Positions 49,952 through 59,925 of a DNA stretch of 64,000 nucleotides are shown here, piece after piece. Both the position numbers and the translations under genes were made by a program. Location of the stretch: the NCBI GenBank assembly GCA_965207475.1, contig OZ242278.1, positions 1,589,935-1,653,934 of the forward strand. The letters run 5' to 3'. Position 1 is the stretch's first letter, and each line of letters starts with the position of its first letter. The DNA comes from Gammaproteobacteria bacterium (GTDB lineage Bacteria; Pseudomonadota; Gammaproteobacteria; UBA4575). The notes under the pieces are model-generated. The model was not told where the DNA came from and searched no databases. It saw only the letters and a program-made list of their open reading frames with translations.

Positions 49952-52894
49952 TCAGGCGATCTGTCTTTTGACCAGTTTTCTGAATACCCCTTCAGCCTCC
50001 ATGAGTTCCTTGAAGGAGCCGCTTTGCACAACTTTTCCGGTCTGTAACACGTAGATGCGATCAGTCTGTTGCAGCGTGGACAGGCGATGGGCGATGACAA
50101 CCCGGGTGGGGGTCAGGGCAGTGAGGTTCTGCATGACCTTGGCCTGGTTTTCGTTATCCAGCCAGTTGGTTGCCTCGTCAAACAGCATGATTCGCGGACT
50201 GCCGATCACCGAGCGGGCGATTGTGACGCGCTGACTTTCACCCCCTGACAAAACCGCTCCGCTGGACCCGACCATGGTCATCATGCCCATGGGCATGCCC
50301 TTGATTTCGTTCTCGACTTCTGCAACCCTGGTCGCTGTCCAGACATCCTCGGTCGCCACTTCCTCGTGATGACTGACCAGATTGTCCCAGATATCCATGG
50401 GGTGGAGCCCGACAGATTGTGGCACTGCGCCGATTTTCCGGCGCACCTGTTTCAGGTTCAGGTGCCTCAGGTCCCGCCCGTCGTAATACACTGCGCCAGC
50501 AGTCGGGCGGTCGACTCCAAGCGCGAGCCGGAACAGGGTGCTCTTGCCTGCACCGGACTCGCCGGTGATCGCGACAAATTCGCCAGGACGGGCGTGAATC
50601 GTCACATCATCGAGAATTAACGGGCCATCAGGATCGTAACGAAAGGAAACCCGGTCGAACAGAATTTCGCCACCCAGATATTCAACCGGCTCTCCTTCGG
50701 TCTCGGTTTCAGGAACTGCTGCGAGCAGCGGACGCATCTGGTCGAATGCAGGCAGCATGGCGGCAATGGTGCCGAAGGACTCGCCCAGCCGGGCGATTGC
50801 GGACTGGAAAACGATGAAGACCAGGTAGACGACGAGAAAATCACCGATCAGGATGTGCCGGTCGCTCACCGCTGCCACCGCGAATAGCAGTACCCCACCC
50901 GCGAGAAAGGGGAGCGCGGCACCAAATGCGCGTGCATGCCCCTCAAATGCCCCCAGTTCGAGTTCTGCGCGTTTCTGCTCGCGATAATCCTGCGCCCAGA
51001 TGGCGAATGCCGAACCTTCCGCGTTTTCCACGCGCAGTTTGGTGAAACCGCCCACGATCTGGAACAGCCTGCCGGAAACACGACGCGCTGCACGGATCAT
51101 CCGCCCATATGGTGAAATCTGGAGCAAGCCAAGGGCTACCGTGATCAGCAGCGAAGCCAGACTGAAGGCGAGGGTAATGACCCCGAGGGTGGTGTTGTAG
51201 AAGAAAATGATGCCAAATACCGGAAGCAGGAAAATAATCGACAGCAAGCTGTCGGCGACGACTCCTTGCAAGCCATCGCGAAGATTCTGGAACGTCATCC
51301 CCGACATGGCCAGGTCGCCGGTTGAATGGCGGTGCAGAATGCTTGCCGGAAGGCGCATGAGGCGGTCCCAAAAGGCAGCTTCGGCCCGCGATGCGGAACG
51401 ACCCTCAAGCCGCATCATTGCCGTGCTTTGAAACAGGTGCAGCAGTGCACCGAGCAGACCAAATACCGCCAGCGCCACGGCCACTGAATAGATCACTCCG
51501 GCACTTCCGCCTGCAGTTATTTCATTTGCAGCGTAGCCTAGGGCGAGGGCTGGCAACAGTTTGATCAGGCCGCCCGGAAGCCCGGAAATCACCAGCCGCA
51601 CCAGATCCGCGGCTGATCCATGCAGGGCGATTCCCAGCAGGTCAGACGGTTTCACGTTCTCCGAAGGCAAGGGGCGATAGAACATCCAGGCTTCTTCCCC
51701 CAGCGTGTTGGCGCGACCTGCTGCAATCCGCACGCTGCACTTGCTGACTGGGTCGATTTCCCGATAGCGCCCAAATTTTCCCGGCAGCAGCGCTACGGGC
51801 TGGCCATCCTCTGCCCGAAATCCCAGCATCGCGCTACTGTCGCCGCGCCACCAGTGGTCTTCGGCTTTCAATCGTACGCGCCGGGCACGTACGGCTGATG
51901 CATCAAGCACTTCAACGAGGCTGACCGGAGTATCGGAAGGTTCCGAGCGCGTGGGAATCTTGAAATCGATACCTTCATGGCGGCCGATGATTTGCAAGGC
52001 ATCTGTCAGGGCCGTGTCTTCGACACGGGTATCCTGGCCTGTCGGCAAGTCATAGATATTGAAAAGCCGCTGTCGTGCAGTTTTTTCAGCCGTACGTCGG
52101 CTGGTCGTCCGTGCACGTTCGAGATTCACTTCGTCGACCACGGCCAGTTGGCGGTTAAGGCGTTCCAGGGCGAATGCAACCGCGTGAAAAGATGCGAGCG
52201 CTGGCAGCAACATGTCTTGCTGAGCCAGTGTTTCCGTTGATTTACCCAGCAATGTGGCCCTGTCAAACAAGGTGAGCCAGCTTGTCCGCGTCAGCGGTAT
52301 CATGGTTTCATGTGAGCCGCTTGCTTCGGCAAGCTCTGCCTGGTCGACGATGTCCATGAACAGGAATTCGCCGCGCAGTGGCTTGGATACCCATACCACA
52401 TTGCGATGTACGGACAGTATGCAAGGTGGAAAGGTCCGTGCCATACCGGGATCGGCCAGCGCAGTTGCACGCGGAATGGGGCTTGCAAACCGAGAAAGTG
52501 TGTCAGTAATGGCGGTCAGCCAGGTATCCGTCTGCTCCGCCAGTTCTGCCGGATGAACCTCGGACAGCAAGGATGCCGGGAGGCGCTTCAGAAGAGTACC
52601 TGGCGATCCTTTTGCAATCAGGCTGAGGGTGGTATCTTTATTGTTGTCACGTTCGTCTGGTGCCACCCCCGGCAGTATCCAGCCCGCTTCGCGACGCAGC
52701 AGATGCTGCGGCGCTGCCTGTTCCACCCCGTCCTTGAATTCAACCAGGAACAGATTGACGGAACCCTGGTCAATAAACCAGACACTGCCTGGGTCGTCGA
52801 GTTTCACCGGCAAGTTGCCGGCACAAGGTACGGTTGTGCCGGAACGAGCTACGAGTTCGGCAATCGATGTGCAGTTCGGGCTTTTGTCCAGCAT
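49952..52894 (-). CDS. NHLP/NHLM-type bacteriocin ABC transporter, ATP-binding/permease protein without an active peptidase (N-terminal accessory domain + 6TM + NBD)
   Basis: The 980-aa protein has Walker A GESGAGKST and signature LSGGESQRV, with a ~450-aa N-terminal extension lacking the C39 Cys. Confidence 0.8.
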   Translation of the reverse strand: MLDKSPNCTSIAELVARSGTTVPCAGNLPVKLDDPGSVWFIDQGSVNLFLVEFKDGVEQAAPQHLLRREAGWILPGVAPDERDNNKDTTLSLIAKGSPGTLLKRLPASLLSEVHPAELAEQTDTWLTAITDTLSRFASPIPRATALADPGMARTFPPCILSVHRNVVWVSKPLRGEFLFMDIVDQAELAEASGSHETMIPLTRTSWLTLFDRATLLGKSTETLAQQDMLLPALASFHAVAFALERLNRQLAVVDEVNLERARTTSRRTAEKTARQRLFNIYDLPTGQDTRVEDTALTDALQIIGRHEGIDFKIPTRSEPSDTPVSLVEVLDASAVRARRVRLKAEDHWWRGDSSAMLGFRAEDGQPVALLPGKFGRYREIDPVSKCSVRIAAGRANTLGEEAWMFYRPLPSENVKPSDLLGIALHGSAADLVRLVISGLPGGLIKLLPALALGYAANEITAGGSAGVIYSVAVALAVFGLLGALLHLFQSTAMMRLEGRSASRAEAAFWDRLMRLPASILHRHSTGDLAMSGMTFQNLRDGLQGVVADSLLSIIFLLPVFGIIFFYNTTLGVITLAFSLASLLITVALGLLQISPYGRMIRAARRVSGRLFQIVGGFTKLRVENAEGSAFAIWAQDYREQKRAELELGAFEGHARAFGAALPFLAGGVLLFAVAAVSDRHILIGDFLVVYLVFIVFQSAIARLGESFGTIAAMLPAFDQMRPLLAAVPETETEGEPVEYLGGEILFDRVSFRYDPDGPLILDDVTIHARPGEFVAITGESGAGKSTLFRLALGVDRPTAGAVYYDGRDLRHLNLKQVRRKIGAVPQSVGLHPMDIWDNLVSHHEEVATEDVWTATRVAEVENEIKGMPMGMMTMVGSSGAVLSGGESQRVTIARSVIGSPRIMLFDEATNWLDNENQAKVMQNLTALTPTRVVIAHRLSTLQQTDRIYVLQTGKVVQSGSFKELMEAEGVFRKLVKRQIA

Positions 52895-55104
52895 CAGCCC
52901 GACTTAACCAGTTTGTAATACATGCCACCCTGGTCCGCAATCAACTCATCGTGCGTACCGCGCTGTACTGTAACGCCCTTGTCAAGCACGATAATTTCGT
53001 CACAATCCCGCACGGTACTCAGCCGGTGCGCCAAGATCAGGCAGGTGACACCGCGACGCCGCAAGGCATCATCAACGTATTCCTCTGTCGCTGCATCGAA
53101 CGCGCTGGTCGCCTCGTCCAGAATGAGCACTGTCGGATTGCCCACCAGCGCACGGGCGATTTCCAGCCGTTGTCGCTGGCCTCCACTGAAATTCACACCG
53201 CCTTCCTCGACGACGGTTGAATATCCTTGTGGCCTGAGCAGGATTTCGTCATGAATCTGGGCATCCCGCGAGGCGGCGAAGATGACTTCATCCGGTATGG
53301 CTGAGTTCCATAAGGTGATATTGTCGCGCAGCGACGCGGAAAAGAGCACGATTTCCTGATCCACCATGGAAATGGACTGCCGGAGCACTTCCTCGGGAAT
53401 CTCATCCCGCAGATGCCCATCGAACAGGATTTCGCCTGACCATGGCTGGTAGACACCCGAAACCAGACGTGCCAGGGTCGACTTGCCAGAACCACTGGGA
53501 CCGACTACGGCAACCCGCTGTCCTGGTTTGATCATGAGGCTGAAGTCCTGTATCAAAGGCGGTCGGCTCTTGTTGAAACCGAAGGTGACGTTTTGCAGTT
53601 CAAGCTGGCCGGCAAGCTGGAGCCGACCATTGAATGTGGGGATTGACTCCGATTCCGGACTTCGGCGGCTGTAAATGGGGTCTTCAGCGGTCTTGGAGAT
53701 ATCCTCAAGCCGTTGCAGATCGGTTTCGAGCGCCTGGCGTTTGTCGACGAACCCCAAAAAACGGCCAACAGGTGCCAGGAACATCTCTGCCAGGATATAG
53801 AACCCAACCAGTGCTCCCAGGGTCATTTCGCCGGTCATGACCAGGCTTCCCCCTATGCCGATGATCACGGCACTGCGAAGCACGGCAACCAGGCCCGGAA
53901 GCGCAGTATTGACCGAGCCCAGTTCGGAATAGAGCTGGCGCGCATGCAGTTCGCGCGCTTGATGACCGCTCCAGCGGGAAAAAAACCGGTCATCCGATCC
54001 TGTCATGCGCAGGTTGTCTGCATGGCTCAACATCTGCATGCCGACGCCTATCAACAATCCTTGTTCTCGCCGCATGGCCTGGCTGCGAACCCCCCGAAGC
54101 GCGTTGAGAAAGTGGAGCAACATTCCATGTGCAAGGGCCAGCAACAGTACCATCAGTGTGAGCAGGACATCGTAGGCCAGCATCGCGGCCAGTAACACCG
54201 CGCTCATTGCCATGTCGATAATGAGCACAAGAAACTGGTCGGTCAGGTTCTTCGCAATCCTGTCGATGGACGAGACCCGGTCAGTCAAATCACCTGCCAG
54301 CCTGTGTTCAAAAAACTCCACCGGCAATCGCAGTAACCGCGACACGCCCCGGTTGTAGCCAATCACCGATATCCGGACTTCGAGTCGCTTCAGGAACCGG
54401 TGCTTGAGCAGGGACAAAATGTATACCAGGACACCGCCGCCGAGCAGGGCTGCCACCAGTCCACCCCAGGGACCATGGTTTTCCAGAACATCGTCCACGA
54501 AAAAACTGAGAGCTACGGGCACAACAAGTGCCAGTAACGTCAACATGAATCCGCAAGCAATCACTACGGCAAGCACACTCCATGATCCGGCAAGCAAGGT
54601 GGTCAATTGACTGAGCAAGTCGGGACGCTCGCCGCCGGGTTTGAAATCGCCACTGCGCTTGAATCGCAGCGCAATTCCACTGTAGTCCTTGCTGAATTCT
54701 TCGGCAGTAACCCTGCGCCGCCCCGTGGACGGGTCATTGAGGTAGAAATAGCCGTCATCGAAACCCTCAAGGACAACGAAATGGCTGAATTGCCAGAACA
54801 AAATCAGAGGCAACTGCAGCTTCTTCAGTTGCTCAGCGCGTATACTGAGTCCATTGCATTCAAGACCATAGTGTCTGGAAGCGCGCGCGAGGCTCGCAGC
54901 ACTGCTGCCGTCTCGACTCACCTCGCATTTTTCGCGCAATTCCGTAAGCGGCACCCAGCGTCCGAAGTATGCCAATATGCTGCCAAGGCAGGCGGCACCA
55001 CATTCTGATGCGTGCATCTGTAGTAGGATTGGCGTGGTGATCCTTTGTTTCAAGGAGTCCGAGGCAGTGTTGTCTCCAGCCCCTTTAGAGGCGCTTGGCG
55101 GCAT
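52894..55104 (-). CDS. NHLP-type bacteriocin ABC transporter with N-terminal C39 peptidase domain (peptidase/permease/ATPase)
   Basis: A C39 active-site Cys lies in QMHASECGAACL, followed by 6 TM, Walker A GPSGSGKST and signature FSGGQRQR. Confidence 0.85.
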   Translation of the reverse strand: MPPSASKGAGDNTASDSLKQRITTPILLQMHASECGAACLGSILAYFGRWVPLTELREKCEVSRDGSSAASLARASRHYGLECNGLSIRAEQLKKLQLPLILFWQFSHFVVLEGFDDGYFYLNDPSTGRRRVTAEEFSKDYSGIALRFKRSGDFKPGGERPDLLSQLTTLLAGSWSVLAVVIACGFMLTLLALVVPVALSFFVDDVLENHGPWGGLVAALLGGGVLVYILSLLKHRFLKRLEVRISVIGYNRGVSRLLRLPVEFFEHRLAGDLTDRVSSIDRIAKNLTDQFLVLIIDMAMSAVLLAAMLAYDVLLTLMVLLLALAHGMLLHFLNALRGVRSQAMRREQGLLIGVGMQMLSHADNLRMTGSDDRFFSRWSGHQARELHARQLYSELGSVNTALPGLVAVLRSAVIIGIGGSLVMTGEMTLGALVGFYILAEMFLAPVGRFLGFVDKRQALETDLQRLEDISKTAEDPIYSRRSPESESIPTFNGRLQLAGQLELQNVTFGFNKSRPPLIQDFSLMIKPGQRVAVVGPSGSGKSTLARLVSGVYQPWSGEILFDGHLRDEIPEEVLRQSISMVDQEIVLFSASLRDNITLWNSAIPDEVIFAASRDAQIHDEILLRPQGYSTVVEEGGVNFSGGQRQRLEIARALVGNPTVLILDEATSAFDAATEEYVDDALRRRGVTCLILAHRLSTVRDCDEIIVLDKGVTVQRGTHDELIADQGGMYYKLVKSG

Positions 55105-55656
55105 TTATGACCGCCTCATTCGCAATAGTGTGACCGGGGCTTGCCTGCCAATTTTGATGACAACCTGGCATTCCCTGCTCGCAAGGGAAGCAAAATAAAG
55201 GCTTTCGTCGAGTGTGATGTTTACCCGGTGTAAGGACACCGGCGCTGCAGGGTCGAACACTGCCAGCTCCTCGGATAAGGGTATGGCGGTGATTTTTGCA
55301 ACCTTTCCGTCGAGTGAGTCAGCTTGTCCACCTGACTTTTCCAACTCTATCACCGCTGGCATCCCGGCCTTGATATGCGGTGCGACGTCGCTCCGGGCCC
55401 AGACGAGCACTTGCACGGTCCTGTTGCCCTCAAGCAGGTTTTCACCAGGCTCGACCAGCACGCCATCCACCGCGAGACTACGGGCCATGCTCCCGAAGAA
55501 GAGCCACGCAGCAAGGATGAACAGTAAAAGAGCAATGACAGCAACAAGAAGCCGCTCCCGCGGTGTGGAAATCGTCAGCAGCCGGTCAAGTTGTTCCCGT
55601 TCTTCCTTTGCTTCGGCAACAGTGTTGTGGAATGAGTCAAATGGATTATTGAACAC
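55105..55656 (-). CDS. Short HlyD-like secretion (membrane-fusion) protein of the NHLP export module
   Basis: A single N-terminal TM precedes a periplasmic domain. It is only 183 aa, against about 400 aa for typical NHLM secretion proteins, and is translationally coupled to the C39 ABC gene. Confidence 0.55.
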   Translation of the reverse strand: MFNNPFDSFHNTVAEAKEEREQLDRLLTISTPRERLLVAVIALLLFILAAWLFFGSMARSLAVDGVLVEPGENLLEGNRTVQVLVWARSDVAPHIKAGMPAVIELEKSGGQADSLDGKVAKITAIPLSEELAVFDPAAPVSLHRVNITLDESLYFASLASRECQVVIKIGRQAPVTLLRMRRS

Positions 55657-56150
55657 GACCGTGAATCTCCCTATGAAAAATCAGGCAGGGGCAAAAATCT
55701 GGTCCAGCTTGAGTAGGATTTTTAGAGATTATATGCAAATATCGATTGTGAAATATAAAATTTTCATGGTTCTGGAAATTTAGTGTGGTGTGTATCGGCG
55801 GAGGGCTTTCAGGCCAGGTCGTTTTCAGCTTCTTTATTTTGGTCAAGCCCCGTTTCTGGTCTTCCATCCGGAGGCAGTGGAGCCAGTAGCCTGTGATCGC
55901 GGCGGGAAGGGCATGGTACAGGTCGCCGGCAATCCCATGCCGTGGTGGCCTCCTCGTCGATGCCGGTGATCACCGGCATCGTGTCATGAATCCTCTGCCG
56001 AGTGCGCCCTGTTGGAATTTCCAGCCAGCCCATGGCTTCACCCTTTGCAGGGAATTCACGGTATAATGCCACTCGTTTGTCACGGTACCTGTGTAGATGT
56101 TTCCTGACTACGAAACTGCCGAAATCCGGCTTGTCGGCCGAGACTGGACA

Positions 56151-56969
56151 ATGGGCTTCCCGTGTACACAGGGTGCTTCGTTCAGTGTTCTGATTCTGTT
56201 ACTGGCGTGCTTCTGCCTGCTGCATACGCACGTCCTCGCCCGGGAAGAAACGCCGGAGGAGAAGGGTCTGAGAATTGCGCGTGAAGCAAGCGCCCGCAAC
56301 GACGGATTCGATGATTTCACTGCTGGAATGACGATGGTGCTGCGCGACCGGCAAGGTCGGGAGAGCATCCGTCAGATGCGCTTCAAGGTGCTGGAGGTGC
56401 CGGGTGATGGCGATAAGAGCCTGTTTGTGTTCGATCAGCCGCGAGACGTACAGGGGACCGCCCTGTTGACCCATGGCCACATTAACTCCCAGGACGACCA
56501 GTGGCTGTATCTGCCGGCCCTGAAAAGAGTGAAGCGCATCAGTGCCACGGCGCGTTCCGGGTCATTTATGGGAAGCGAGTTTTCCTACGAGGACATGAGC
56601 TCTCCGGAGGTGGAGGAATACACGTACAAATACCTTCGCGACGAGCCCTGCGGCGAACTCACCTGTACAGTGACCGAGCAAGTCCCTCTGGAGAAAAAAT
56701 CCGGATACAGCCGCAAGGTCATTTGGCAAGACACAGGCGAACTTCGCGTCTGGAAGATGGAGCTCTATGACCGAAGGAACTCGCATCTGAAAACGCTCAC
56801 TTTTGAAAGCTACAAGCAATACCTGGGCCGGTACTGGCGGGCAGGCGAACAGACGATGGTGAATCACTTGACCGGGGCGAGCACTGTGCTTAAATGGACC
56901 GATTACCGGTTTCGCACCAATCTTGAAGACAGCGAATTCACCAAACCGGCACTTCGGCGCGTGCGCTGA
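56151..56969 (+). CDS. Outer-membrane lipoprotein-sorting (LolA-like) family protein, typical partner of MMPL exporters
   Basis: A signal peptide precedes a WLYLPALKRVKRIS region typical of LolA-like/DUF1329-type proteins. Its stop is coupled to the downstream OMP gene. Confidence 0.6.
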   Translation: MGFPCTQGASFSVLILLLACFCLLHTHVLAREETPEEKGLRIAREASARNDGFDDFTAGMTMVLRDRQGRESIRQMRFKVLEVPGDGDKSLFVFDQPRDVQGTALLTHGHINSQDDQWLYLPALKRVKRISATARSGSFMGSEFSYEDMSSPEVEEYTYKYLRDEPCGELTCTVTEQVPLEKKSGYSRKVIWQDTGELRVWKMELYDRRNSHLKTLTFESYKQYLGRYWRAGEQTMVNHLTGASTVLKWTDYRFRTNLEDSEFTKPALRRVR

Positions 56970-58198
56970 TGCGATTCGGTGTCGCAATTTCAGCCCTCGT
57001 GTTCATGGCTGCCGCAGTCGCCGAAGTTCAGGCCCTTGACGTTTCGGGGGACCTGAGCTTACAGGCACGATGGTATCCGCAGTCGCCGGCTTTCCCGGGA
57101 CAGCATTCAAGTACCGTCGGGATGGTTTTCAAGCCGACGCTTTACTGGGATTTTACAGAAAGCACCAGCTTCACCTTTACCCCGCTTTATCGATTCGATA
57201 GAGCCGATTCACGGCGGACGCATGCGGACCTGCGGGAGGCCTACCTGTTGACATATGGAGACTGGGGCGAGAATTCCTGGGAGCTTCGGCTGGGGCTTGA
57301 CCGTGTATTCTGGGGTGTGGCCGAGATTCATAACCTCGTGGATATCATCAACCAACTGGACCGTGTCGAGCACCCGCGCGACCGACCCAAGCTGGGTCAG
57401 CCTATGGCACATCTGACGATTTCCGGTGACTGGGGTCTCGCTGAATTGTTTCTGCTGCCGTACCATCGCAAGCTCACGTTTCCGGGGCGTTCCGGGCGTC
57501 TCCGCTCGGAACGCCTGATCGAAGATGAAGGCCTGTACGAGAGCGGTGCCAAGGAACGCCATGTGGATTTTGCGTTCCGCTATAGCCATGGCGTGGGGTT
57601 GCTTGATTTTGGCCTGAGTACCTTTGTTGGAACGAGCCGGGATCCCTTGTTTCTTGCTGCCAACCCATCCGGACCATTGCCGGGAATTGACACGCCCTTG
57701 ATCCCGTACTACGAGCAGATTCGGCAATTCGGGCTCGAAGCCCAGTTCACGACCGAGTCCTGGCTTTACAAGATGGAAGCCATTCGCCGTAGCGGAGCGC
57801 GCAATCTCCTGGGCCAAGAGGAGGATTACAACGCCTTCATCCTGGGCCTGGAGCGCACTCTCTATGCGTTGTTTGATTCCACTGCGGACATGACCCTCCT
57901 TGGTGAGTGGTTCTACGATGATCGTGGAAGCCGTGCTACAAGTGTCTGGCAGAACGACCTGTTTATCGCGGGCTTCCTTGCACTCAACGATGTACAGGGT
58001 ACAGAGCTCGTGGCTGGCATCCTGACGGACCTCCGCCATGAATCCAGTACGCTGAACATGGAACTGAAACGCCGGTTGTCGGATAGCTGGTCGATGCGCC
58101 TGGAAGCGTTCGCGAACATACGCGCGAACCCGGAGGATTTGACCTACGATGGGCGGCGCGACAGCTTCGTCGGTATTGATTTCACACTCAGTTTCTGA
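56969..58198 (+). CDS. Putative outer-membrane beta-barrel protein (C-terminal aromatic residue, alternating amphipathic strands)
   Basis: A signal peptide (AAAVAEVQA) is present and the protein ends in F. It forms a trio with the LolA-like and MMPL genes. Confidence 0.5.
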   Translation: MRFGVAISALVFMAAAVAEVQALDVSGDLSLQARWYPQSPAFPGQHSSTVGMVFKPTLYWDFTESTSFTFTPLYRFDRADSRRTHADLREAYLLTYGDWGENSWELRLGLDRVFWGVAEIHNLVDIINQLDRVEHPRDRPKLGQPMAHLTISGDWGLAELFLLPYHRKLTFPGRSGRLRSERLIEDEGLYESGAKERHVDFAFRYSHGVGLLDFGLSTFVGTSRDPLFLAANPSGPLPGIDTPLIPYYEQIRQFGLEAQFTTESWLYKMEAIRRSGARNLLGQEEDYNAFILGLERTLYALFDSTADMTLLGEWFYDDRGSRATSVWQNDLFIAGFLALNDVQGTELVAGILTDLRHESSTLNMELKRRLSDSWSMRLEAFANIRANPEDLTYDGRRDSFVGIDFTLSF

Positions 58199-58405
58199 TG
58201 ATGCACGTGGCGGGTGCCATACAGGTTGCCTTCAGCAACTGACACCCAGCAGATGCTGAACAGCAGGGCAAGACGGGCCTTGCTGCTGCAAGCCAGTGTC
58301 TTTCTTGGAGACCATGAATTACCTGCAGGGCCGCAGTCGGGCTGACCCATGAAAAAGTTTGTGAACCGTGACAATGATAGGTGACGATGCTAGGATTTTG
58401 CGGGA

Positions 58406-59750
58406 GTGTTGTGTACACGACACATCCAAATATCCCGAGAAGGTGTTATCGACCGACATCTGTGGAAGTCATGTAGGGTGATTCAGCCGGGCAGTAAAAC
58501 ATTACGGAAGATTGCGGTTGTCGGGCGGGGGACCGCAGGGTCCTTGGCGGCAGCAAGCATAGCGCGACTTCACCCCGACAGCGACTACGAACTGCACCAC
58601 ATATATGACTCGCGCATCCCGGTCATTGGAGTGGGTGAAGGCAGTTGGCCGAGCCTGGTTCAACAATTGCAACAACTGACAAGTTTGCCCCATGACACCA
58701 TCCAGCAGCACTTGAGAGGAACCCGCAAGTACGGGGTTGCATTCGAGGGATGGGGTCGACGCAATCGAAACTTCACGCACTACTTTACACCGCGAAAGGT
58801 GTCCTACGCCTACCACCTGTCCGCCGACTTGATGGCGGATTTGCTGCACGAAAACACGCGCGCGCCACATCGATGCGAAAGTGCGCGATATCACCAGGAT
58901 AGAGGGTGGTGCACGGGTGGAGTTCGAGGGCCTGGCGCCGGAGCACTACGATTTAGTCTTTGATGCCCGCGGGTTTCCCAGGAAACTCCATCCAGACCAG
59001 CACATCGATATTTCTTTCATTCCCACCAATACAGCCGTCATCCGCCGCTGTCCGGCGATTATCAAGGAAGAGCAGGATGGACCCGTGCTGCAACATACCT
59101 ATACCCGTGCCGTTGCATGTCCGCACGGGTGGATATTCGTTATTCCGCTTACAGTACATACATCTTACGGGTACATCTTCAACCGCGATGTGTCCAGCCT
59201 TGCCGAAGTCGAATCAGACTTTGATGTTTTCCTTGACACCGATGGCGTGTCGGAATTTGAGCAACGTGCTGTCATACCGTTTCCCAATTTTGTCCACCGC
59301 CAGATTTATGATGGTGCGGTGGCTCGCATAGGCAATGCAGCCGCCTTCATGGAGCCCCTTGAAGCAACGGCCATTGTATCGGCCCAGATACAGATTGGGA
59401 TGGTACTCCACATGCGTCTCAACCGTTCGATAGAGTATCTTGAACGTGACGTGCCGATGGTCAATCAATTTCTTGTCAACAACATCCTCTGCTACGGCCT
59501 GTTCGTCGGTTGGCACTATTCCTGTGGCTCTAAGTATGATAGTGGATTTTGGCGCCATGCTCGTGACCGGGTTTGGCCACGATATCGTAAGGCAACAGAT
59601 CCCGAAGTTGTGGGCTGTGCCGCACTCCGCAAATTCGACGAAATGTTCGAATTGATGAGCCAGTCGAGCATCGACAAGGCAGACTGGACTCGAATGTGCG
59701 CGGTCCCGCTCACCAGTTATGTGCAGATGTCCGAGGGTCTTGGCTGCTAG
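58406..59750 (+). pseudogene. Flavin-dependent tryptophan halogenase, disrupted by a +1/-1 frameshift near 58860-58875 (assembly error or true pseudogene)
   Basis: The two overlapping ORFs (58406..58963 and 58881..59750) together carry GRGTAGS (GxGxxG), GWIFVIP (WxWxIP-like) and GNAAAFMEPLEATAI halogenase motifs. Removing one base in the ACGCGCGCGCCA run restores ...HENTRAHIDAKVRDITRIEGG. Confidence 0.7.
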
Positions 59751-59925
59751 TACAGGACGGTCTTCATCAATTTAGCAAGACGAGCGCAGTTTACGATCGC
59801 GGCAAGACCACCTGATGCCGGCCGTCTTAGTCCTGTGATAACTTGACCAGGCCAGGCAAGAACTTTAGTTGTGATAGTCTTTTGTTGATTCCAGTGCTGC
59901 AAATCAAAGGCCAGGTTTCTGATCC

